Positions 7,772 through 12,619 of a DNA stretch of 12,619 bases are shown one piece after another (position 1 is the stretch's first letter; every line of letters starts with the position of its first letter). The notes under the pieces were generated by a model. That model saw nothing but the letters and a program-made list of their open reading frames with translations. It did no database searches and was not told the origin of the DNA. The position numbers and the translations under genes were made by a program. The stretch comes from Candidatus Diapherotrites archaeon CG08_land_8_20_14_0_20_30_16 (GTDB taxonomy: Archaea; Iainarchaeota; Iainarchaeia; Iainarchaeales; 0-14-0-20-30-16), in the NCBI GenBank assembly GCA_002779075.1, contig PEXK01000022.1:1-12619 (forward strand), read 5' to 3'.

Positions 7772-7990
7772 ATGGTTTTTATGAAGGCTATAAAAAAAGA
7801 AAAACTAAATTATGAAGAAGCATTGCTGAATGCAAATTCTCTCTTTAATGATGATATAACCAGAATTAGTGATTTATCAAGGCTTCAGAATGCCCTGTCA
7901 AAGTATTCCAATTTAGATCCTGAGAAGCTCACATTAAATAAAGGAGATCTTGTTAAAAGCAGGTTGAAGGAATTAAAAGGCTTTAAGTGA
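7772..7990 (+). CDS. Small hypothetical protein (72 aa), predicted helical, no recognisable family
   Basis: The ORF has ATGs at 7772 and 7781, with AGGA 6-9 nt upstream of the first. It ends with TGA 4 nt before the cmk ATG, so it is probably co-transcribed with cmk. Composition resembles the neighbouring genes. Confidence 0.5.
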   Translation: MVFMKAIKKEKLNYEEALLNANSLFNDDITRISDLSRLQNALSKYSNLDPEKLTLNKGDLVKSRLKELKGFK

Positions 7991-7994
7991 TTGT

Positions 7995-8555
7995 ATGAAA
8001 GTAATGATTTGTGGCTTAACAGGTACTGGAAAAAGTACAATTGCGAAAGCAATAGCAGAAGCTATGAATTATGAGTATATTTCCATTTCAAAATTATTAA
8101 GAGAATTCGCAGGAAAAGATTCTAAACAAAATGGTTATTGGACACATAAAGAGGGTTTAGAGTTTAATGATGAAAGATTAAAAACAGATATTGATGAAAA
8201 ATTTGATAAATATCTTTTAAATATAATCGATAAAAAAGATGATTTTGTTATTGATTCCTGGACAATGCCTTGGTTATATAATGAACCTAGTTTAAAAATA
8301 TATTTAAAATGCCCATTTGGTGTGAGAACAAATAGGATTATGTTAAGAGATAAATTAACTGAAGAAGACGCAAAATCAGCAGTAAGGAAAAAAGATGGTG
8401 ATAATAAAAAAATCTATTTAACAAAATATGCTTTTGATATTACAAAAGATTTTGAACCTTTTGATTTAATGATTAGTACACAATACTTTGATGCAAAAGG
8501 AATTATATTATATATTTTAAATTATGTCAAAACTGTTGAAAAATATTATCAGTAA
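7995..8555 (+). CDS. cmk: Archaeal-type cytidylate (CMP) kinase / P-loop nucleoside-monophosphate kinase
   Basis: The P-loop reads MKVMICGLTGTGKSTIAKAIAE. The overall layout matches archaeal Cmk: ...ISISKLLREFA..., LKIYLKCPFGVRTNRIMLRD..., DGDNKKIYLTKYAFDI..., FDLMISTQ. The size (186 aa) is typical. Confidence 0.65.
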   Translation: MKVMICGLTGTGKSTIAKAIAEAMNYEYISISKLLREFAGKDSKQNGYWTHKEGLEFNDERLKTDIDEKFDKYLLNIIDKKDDFVIDSWTMPWLYNEPSLKIYLKCPFGVRTNRIMLRDKLTEEDAKSAVRKKDGDNKKIYLTKYAFDITKDFEPFDLMISTQYFDAKGIILYILNYVKTVEKYYQ

Positions 8556-8619
8556 TTTTGAAAAGTATTGAAAATGCTAGATTTAAAACAATTGAGTTTT
8601 TTTAAGATAAAGAGTATTT

Positions 8620-8670
8620 AAATATAGTTTATAAACCAAATAGTTTTAAACCAGAAAGTTTATAATAACT
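8620..8670 (+). promoter_or_regulatory. Three tandem copies (15-16 bp period) of an AGTTT(A)TAA(A)CC(A) TATA-like motif upstream of the Arch_ATPase gene
   Basis: The copies are AGTTTATAAACCA (8627-8639), AGTTTTAAACCA (8643-8654) and AGTTTATAATAAC (8658-8670). The first contains the palindrome GTTTATAAAC, which is also present at 3884-3893. Confidence 0.35.
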
Positions 8671-8698
8671 TCTTATAATATATTATATGTGATATCTT

Positions 8699-9757
8699 GT
8701 GAATAACCCCTTTGTTTTTGGTTCTGTTGTTAAAGGAAACCAATTTTGCAATAGGCAAAAGGAAATTGCTGAAATATCTAGAATTTGCAAATCCAATAAT
8801 AATCTGATTTTAGTTTCTCCGAGACGTTATGGGAAAACCTCTTTGATTGTGAATGCTTTAGAGCAAATTAAATTGCAATATGTTTTGGTCGATTGTTATC
8901 GTTTGGATTCTAAAGAGGATTTTGTAAATCGATTAATAACAAATTATTTGTTTTCTTTGAAACAAGGCAATATTATAGATAAAGTAAAATATTTATCAAA
9001 GATTTTGGATATAGAAGTAGAATTTAAAGCGAAAATAGTGAATGTAAAAATAAAAAAATTTGACTATTCTAGTCTTGAAACTTTGATTGTAGAAATATCT
9101 AAAGATAGATTGATTGTTTTTGATGAATTTCAAGCAGTATTTGAATTAGATAAAACATTAGTTAGCAGACTTCGTGGAATACTTCAGCATATAAACAAAA
9201 CACACATATTTTTAGGAAGTAAAAAACACTTATTGTTATATTTATTTGAAGATCAAAACAGCCCATTTTATAAATTCGGAATAATAATGCCAGTTAATAA
9301 AATTGATGAAACAGACTGGAGAAGATTTATAAAAAATTGGTTTAAGAAAACGAAATCAACTATCAATGATGAGGATCTTTCAACACTATTAGAATATTCT
9401 AATAATATTCCTTTTTATGTCCAATATTTAGCCTATTATTTTTGGGATGGAATAAATTCTGGCAAAGATAGTAATATAATCATTAATGATGTTCTAGAAA
9501 GCAATAAATATATTTATGATGATGCCTTTTCAAAATTTAATGCAAATCAAAGAAAGGCATTAATAGTATTGGCATCAGAAAATACAAATATATTTGGCCA
9601 TAGTATTTTAGAAAAATACAAAATTAAAAATGCACAAATATTAAATAAATCTTTGAACGCTTTGCTTGAAAAAGGAATAATTGAAAAAAACGGACATTAT
9701 TTTTTTGTGGACCCATTATTTGAAAGGTTTATTAAAAATCTAGACAAAAGTTTATGA
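8699..9757 (+). CDS. Arch_ATPase-family AAA/STAND-like NTPase with a C-terminal winged-helix (DUF234-like) domain
   Basis: The N-terminus NPFVFGSVVKGNQFCNRQKEIAEI is the family-typical NPF..G....F.gR..E motif. Walker A is LVSPRRYGKTSLI and Walker B is LIVFDEFQ. The C-terminus NQRKALIVLA...LLEKGIIEKNGHYFFVDPLFERFI is a wHTH with the y.f.DP.f motif. The start is GTG at 8699 and the stop is TGA. Confidence 0.75.
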   Translation: MNNPFVFGSVVKGNQFCNRQKEIAEISRICKSNNNLILVSPRRYGKTSLIVNALEQIKLQYVLVDCYRLDSKEDFVNRLITNYLFSLKQGNIIDKVKYLSKILDIEVEFKAKIVNVKIKKFDYSSLETLIVEISKDRLIVFDEFQAVFELDKTLVSRLRGILQHINKTHIFLGSKKHLLLYLFEDQNSPFYKFGIIMPVNKIDETDWRRFIKNWFKKTKSTINDEDLSTLLEYSNNIPFYVQYLAYYFWDGINSGKDSNIIINDVLESNKYIYDDAFSKFNANQRKALIVLASENTNIFGHSILEKYKIKNAQILNKSLNALLEKGIIEKNGHYFFVDPLFERFIKNLDKSL

Positions 9758-9786
9758 ATTTTTTGAGAGAAAAGAGGTTTGATATT

Positions 9787-10905
9787 ATGGCGTTTAAAGT
9801 AACTCCGTGGGAAGTAAAAGGAAATATTGATTATGATAAACTGATTAAAGAGTTTGGATTGCAGGCATTTGATTCTCTGCCAGAAGAGTTTGATAAATTC
9901 TTGCTTTTTAGAAGAGGAGTTATTTTTGCTCATAGGGATTTTGGGAAAATAGTAAGTTGCGTAATAAACAAAAAACCATTTGTAATGATGACTGGTCTAA
10001 TGCCATCTGGAAAAATGCATTTTGGTCACAAAATGGTTGTTGATGAAATTTTGTACTATCAAGAACTTGGTGCAAAAATATATCTGGCTGTAGCTGATAT
10101 AGAGGCATATAATTCACGGAATCCAGATTTAAAAGAATTGAGAAAATGTGCAATAGAAGAATATTTAACTAATTATGTTGCTCTAGGTTTGGATTTGAAA
10201 AAAACAGATTTTTATTTTCAAACAAAACGTTCTAATGATGGAAAAAAATCAAATGCCTATTACTCGCTTGCAGATTTGTTAGCAAGACATGCAACATTCA
10301 ATGAATTCAAAGCAGTTTATGGTGAAATTTCTCCTGGAAAAATGTGTGCAGCTCTATTGCAGGCATCAGATATGTTACATCCACAATTGCCAGAATTTGA
10401 GAATGACCAAATACCTACAATAATTCCAGTAGGTTCAGATCAAGACCCACACCTAAGATTAGCAAGAGATTTGTCTCAAAGAATTAAAGAATTTAATTTC
10501 ACACAATTGAGTTCAACATATCATAAATTTTTGCCAGGATTAGGTGGGGGAAAAATGTCTTCAAGTGATCCAACATCATTTATTGCATTAACTGACAGTC
10601 CAGAAGAAGCAGAAAAGAAAATAAAGAAATATGCATTTTCTGGTGGTCAACCAACAATTGAAGAGCACAGAAAAAAAGGCGGAAATCCGGATGTTGATGT
10701 ATCATATCAATTCTTAAGATTTGGTTTAGAGCCTGATGACAAGAAGTTAAAACAAATACATGATGATTACAAAAGCGGTAAACTTCTTACAGGGGAATTA
10801 AAACAAATAACTGCAGACAAATTGAAACTGTTTTTGAAAAAGCATCAAGAAGAAAGAGAAAAAGCAAAAAAGAAAATTGCACTATATTTAGACCAACTAT
10901 TGTGA
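9787..10905 (+). CDS. trpS: Tryptophan--tRNA ligase, archaeal/eukaryal type
   Basis: MAFKVTPWEVKGNIDYDKLIKEFG matches archaeal TrpRS N-termini. The HIGH motif appears as HFGH (10018-10029) and KMSKS as KMSSS (10552-10566). VGSDQDPHLRLARD and SGGQPTIEEHRKKGGNPDVDVSYQFL are conserved blocks. The ATG at 9787 is preceded by AGAGGT with an 8-nt spacer. The ORF-track ATG at 9754 would add an unconserved 11-aa extension. Confidence 0.9.
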   Translation: MAFKVTPWEVKGNIDYDKLIKEFGLQAFDSLPEEFDKFLLFRRGVIFAHRDFGKIVSCVINKKPFVMMTGLMPSGKMHFGHKMVVDEILYYQELGAKIYLAVADIEAYNSRNPDLKELRKCAIEEYLTNYVALGLDLKKTDFYFQTKRSNDGKKSNAYYSLADLLARHATFNEFKAVYGEISPGKMCAALLQASDMLHPQLPEFENDQIPTIIPVGSDQDPHLRLARDLSQRIKEFNFTQLSSTYHKFLPGLGGGKMSSSDPTSFIALTDSPEEAEKKIKKYAFSGGQPTIEEHRKKGGNPDVDVSYQFLRFGLEPDDKKLKQIHDDYKSGKLLTGELKQITADKLKLFLKKHQEEREKAKKKIALYLDQLL

Positions 10906-11736
10906 ATATTTTGCTTTTAATTTTTCATATTTTTCTTTTCCTAAAGCATCAATAATTTGAAAATCTCGCACACTTTCAAATAATTGTTTAGCAAAACCAT
11001 TTTTTATTAATTCAAAAATACCTTCAGGTCCAACATCTGCAATCATTCCCAAATATTTTCTTTTAGCGTTGATATCTGTGTTTGCTAATGCTCTTACTGC
11101 GCTTCCATCCTTGATTATATCCCTAATATATCCCAAGTCTGCTAATTCTTTGTAATATCTACTTACTAAATAAGTAAAATAACCAGTTTTAGCAAGATCC
11201 TTTAAGTACCACTTTTCTACAGCTTTTCCTATTACTTTTTGGGATAATGCAATTAATCTTTGTATATATTCTGGATTTTTTGTTTCTCTAAATGTTGCAA
11301 AAACAGGATCAATAAACAGTTCTGGTTCTGCACCGTACAGTTTATTTTTCAATAATCTCATTTTGTCTTCTGAAGTTGCTTTTTGAAACCACCCAACTAT
11401 TGACAGTGTTATTGTTTTTTCTCTGTCTGCAATTTCTTTTATAACTAGAGTTTTGCCTTTTCTTGCTTGGCCTAATTCTTTAAGTTGATGTTCTAATGCA
11501 ACTTCATTAACTTCATATTGAAAGCCCGATTCTTCCAACAAAATCAGGGTCCGTGCATCATTATGAGGATTTGTTCTTGCAATTGCTTTTGCGATTTCTC
11601 TGGACTTTGGGTGACCAAAGAATCTTGCTTTTATAAATTCGTGTCTTTCCGCAGGTTTTAATTTCAAGTAATATTCAAAAACACTTCTAGAGGTTAAAAT
11701 TCTACTAAGCACTTTGCCTTTATGGCCTTTAGGCAA
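10897..11736 (-). CDS. Orphan all-alpha protein (279 aa from a TTG start), no recognisable family. It may extend to ATG 11794 through a +1 shift.
   Basis: The long ORF has coding-like composition and is richer in A, R, G and E than its neighbours. There is no in-frame ATG until codon 125, so the ORF-track start is TTG at 11736. The TAG stop makes a 9-bp convergent overlap with the trpS 3' end. I identified no catalytic or binding motif. Confidence 0.6.
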   Translation of the reverse strand: MPKGHKGKVLSRILTSRSVFEYYLKLKPAERHEFIKARFFGHPKSREIAKAIARTNPHNDARTLILLEESGFQYEVNEVALEHQLKELGQARKGKTLVIKEIADREKTITLSIVGWFQKATSEDKMRLLKNKLYGAEPELFIDPVFATFRETKNPEYIQRLIALSQKVIGKAVEKWYLKDLAKTGYFTYLVSRYYKELADLGYIRDIIKDGSAVRALANTDINAKRKYLGMIADVGPEGIFELIKNGFAKQLFESVRDFQIIDALGKEKYEKLKAKYSQ

Positions 11737-11820
11737 TCTTTCAAAAATTCTTCTTTTGTGTTGGATTTAATTTTGGTCTTTTTATTTGTGCCATAATAAA
11801 ATATAGAGTAAGAAAGATAT

Positions 11821-11827
11821 AAAAAAA
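11821..11827 (-). terminator. Oligo-T tract (T7 on the minus strand) 4 nt downstream of the GGDEF stop codon, a candidate archaeal terminator
   Basis: The minus strand reads TAA ATC TTTTTTT ATATC. Archaeal RNA polymerase terminates at oligo-T runs. The tract overlaps a TATA-like TTTTTTATAT element, so it could instead be promoter sequence for the next gene. Confidence 0.35.
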
Positions 11828-11830
11828 GAT

Positions 11831-12619
11831 TTATTTTAATTCCAATTTTTGTTGTTGTTTTTCACCATAAACACATATTTTGTTTCTTCCTGTATTTTTT
11901 GCCTCGTAAAGTGCTTTGTCTGCCAAAGTAATTAAATGCATAATATTTTTTTCATTTAATTTTTCTATTTCTATTTGATTTGAGCAGACTAGTCCAAAAC
12001 TGCAAGTTACAGGAATTTCTATATTTGAAGAAATAAAGAAAGGTTTGCTTATTATTGCATCACGAATTCTATTTGTAACCATATTTGCAATTTTTAAATT
12101 TGCATTTGATAAAATAATTACAAATTCTTCTCCGCCCCAACGTACACTGATATCGCGCGGATTGTTTTTTCTGTCTATAGTTCTTATTTTTGTTAATATT
12201 CTTTGTGACATTTGTCTTAAAACCAAATCTCCTGTATCATGTCCATAAGTATCATTTACTTTTTTGAAATAATCAATATCCAGCATTAAAACACATAATC
12301 TCTTTGGTTTCTTTAATAATAATTCTTGGATTTCAAAATCGAATTCTTTTCTTGTTATCATACTTGTTAATTTGTCAAACCTGTTGTATATCATTTGAGA
12401 AATGCTACTGAAAATAGTTGCCAAAAAAATCATAGTATCGCGAATGTTTGCAATTCTTTGTTTTGTTTTTTCTAATGTTAAATCTTTGCCATAAAAACAA
12501 ATTAGCCCAATTTTTATAGGTTCTTGTTCTTTTTGTTCAATATAAATAGGAATTATTATTTTGTTTCTTTCGTATTTTATTTTTAATGGAACCACTTTTG
12601 CAAAAATATCTCCTATTTT
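11831..12619 (-). CDS. GAF-GGDEF diguanylate cyclase, N-terminus truncated by the window edge
   Basis: The frame is open to nt 12619, beyond the ORF-track GTG at 12595. The GGDEF domain reads LMLDIDYFKKVNDTYGHDTGDLVLRQM...VRWGGEEFVIIL...SFGLV...LADKALYEAKNTGRNK, with an intact GGEEF at 12122-12136. The preceding IIIPIYIEQKEQEPIKIGLICFYGKD...IFLATIFSSISQMIYN resembles the C-terminal half of a GAF domain. The position aligned to the I-site RxxD reads NPRD, so it is not canonical. Confidence 0.85.
   Translation of the reverse strand, partial: KIGDIFAKVVPLKIKYERNKIIIPIYIEQKEQEPIKIGLICFYGKDLTLEKTKQRIANIRDTMIFLATIFSSISQMIYNRFDKLTSMITRKEFDFEIQELLLKKPKRLCVLMLDIDYFKKVNDTYGHDTGDLVLRQMSQRILTKIRTIDRKNNPRDISVRWGGEEFVIILSNANLKIANMVTNRIRDAIISKPFFISSNIEIPVTCSFGLVCSNQIEIEKLNEKNIMHLITLADKALYEAKNTGRNKICVYGEKQQQKLELK

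Noticed and set aside
9754-9786. Longer trpS start at ATG 9754, overlapping the ATPase stop
   Set aside because: The 11-aa extension (MNFLREKRFDI) has no counterpart in the archaeal TrpRS N-termini I know, which begin just before FKVTPWEV. An AGAGGT SD within it serves ATG 9787. The longer start remains possible as a coupled alternative.
9697-10153. Minus-strand ORFs 9697-9933 and 9920-10153, and the plus-strand ORF 12045-12248
   Set aside because: They are embedded antisense in the well-supported trpS, Arch_ATPase and GGDEF genes. Their composition is not protein-like.
11831-12619. GGDEF protein as a Cas10-like, mCpol-like or CBASS-like defence cyclase, or as a Hypr-GGDEF making cGAMP
   Set aside because: The sequence has the full canonical diguanylate cyclase signature, including the ALYEAK..GRN tail and Asp in GH..GD, and is fused to a GAF-type sensor. 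There are no CARF, SAVED, Cap or CRISPR components in the window.
1-12619. Search for tRNA, rRNA, C/D-box sRNA, CRISPR repeats, IS elements, integrases and inteins
   Set aside because: The intergenic gaps are only 94-173 bp, AT-rich and lack GC-rich stems. I saw no RUGAUGA/CUGA box pairs, no regularly spaced repeat array, no transposase or integrase-like ORF, and no in-frame insertions in the conserved genes.

Overview
This is an AT-rich, gene-dense window (11 CDS, short intergenic gaps, standard genetic code with TAA, TAG and TGA all used as stops). It is almost certainly from a small-genome archaeon, probably DPANN-like. The evidence is ribosomal protein L44e (eL42, found only in archaea and eukaryotes), an archaeal/eukaryal-type TrpRS, an archaeal-type cytidylate kinase, an SMC ATPase and an Arch_ATPase-family NTPase. 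Shine-Dalgarno-like motifs match the archaeal anti-SD (GGTGA, GAGGT, GGGGATC). Gene order is: a 5'-truncated CARDB-repeat surface protein with a C-terminal anchor (+); a DHH/DHHA1 phosphoesterase and rpl44e (-, one operon); a polytopic membrane protein tightly followed by smc (+); a 72-aa orphan plus cmk (+); Arch_ATPase plus trpS (+); then on the minus strand a GAF-GGDEF diguanylate cyclase (N-terminus off the window) followed by a 279-aa all-alpha orphan. I saw no tRNA, rRNA, CRISPR array, transposase or integrase. The best candidates for something new are: (1) an intact GGEEF cyclase in an archaeal context, with the family-less protein directly downstream on the same strand; (2) that orphan has no ATG start but has an upstream 17-codon ORF ending in a perfect +1 slippery stop (AAU UUU UGA); (3) an SMC whose hinge domain is almost entirely missing. 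All functional calls come from reading motifs by eye. No database search was run.
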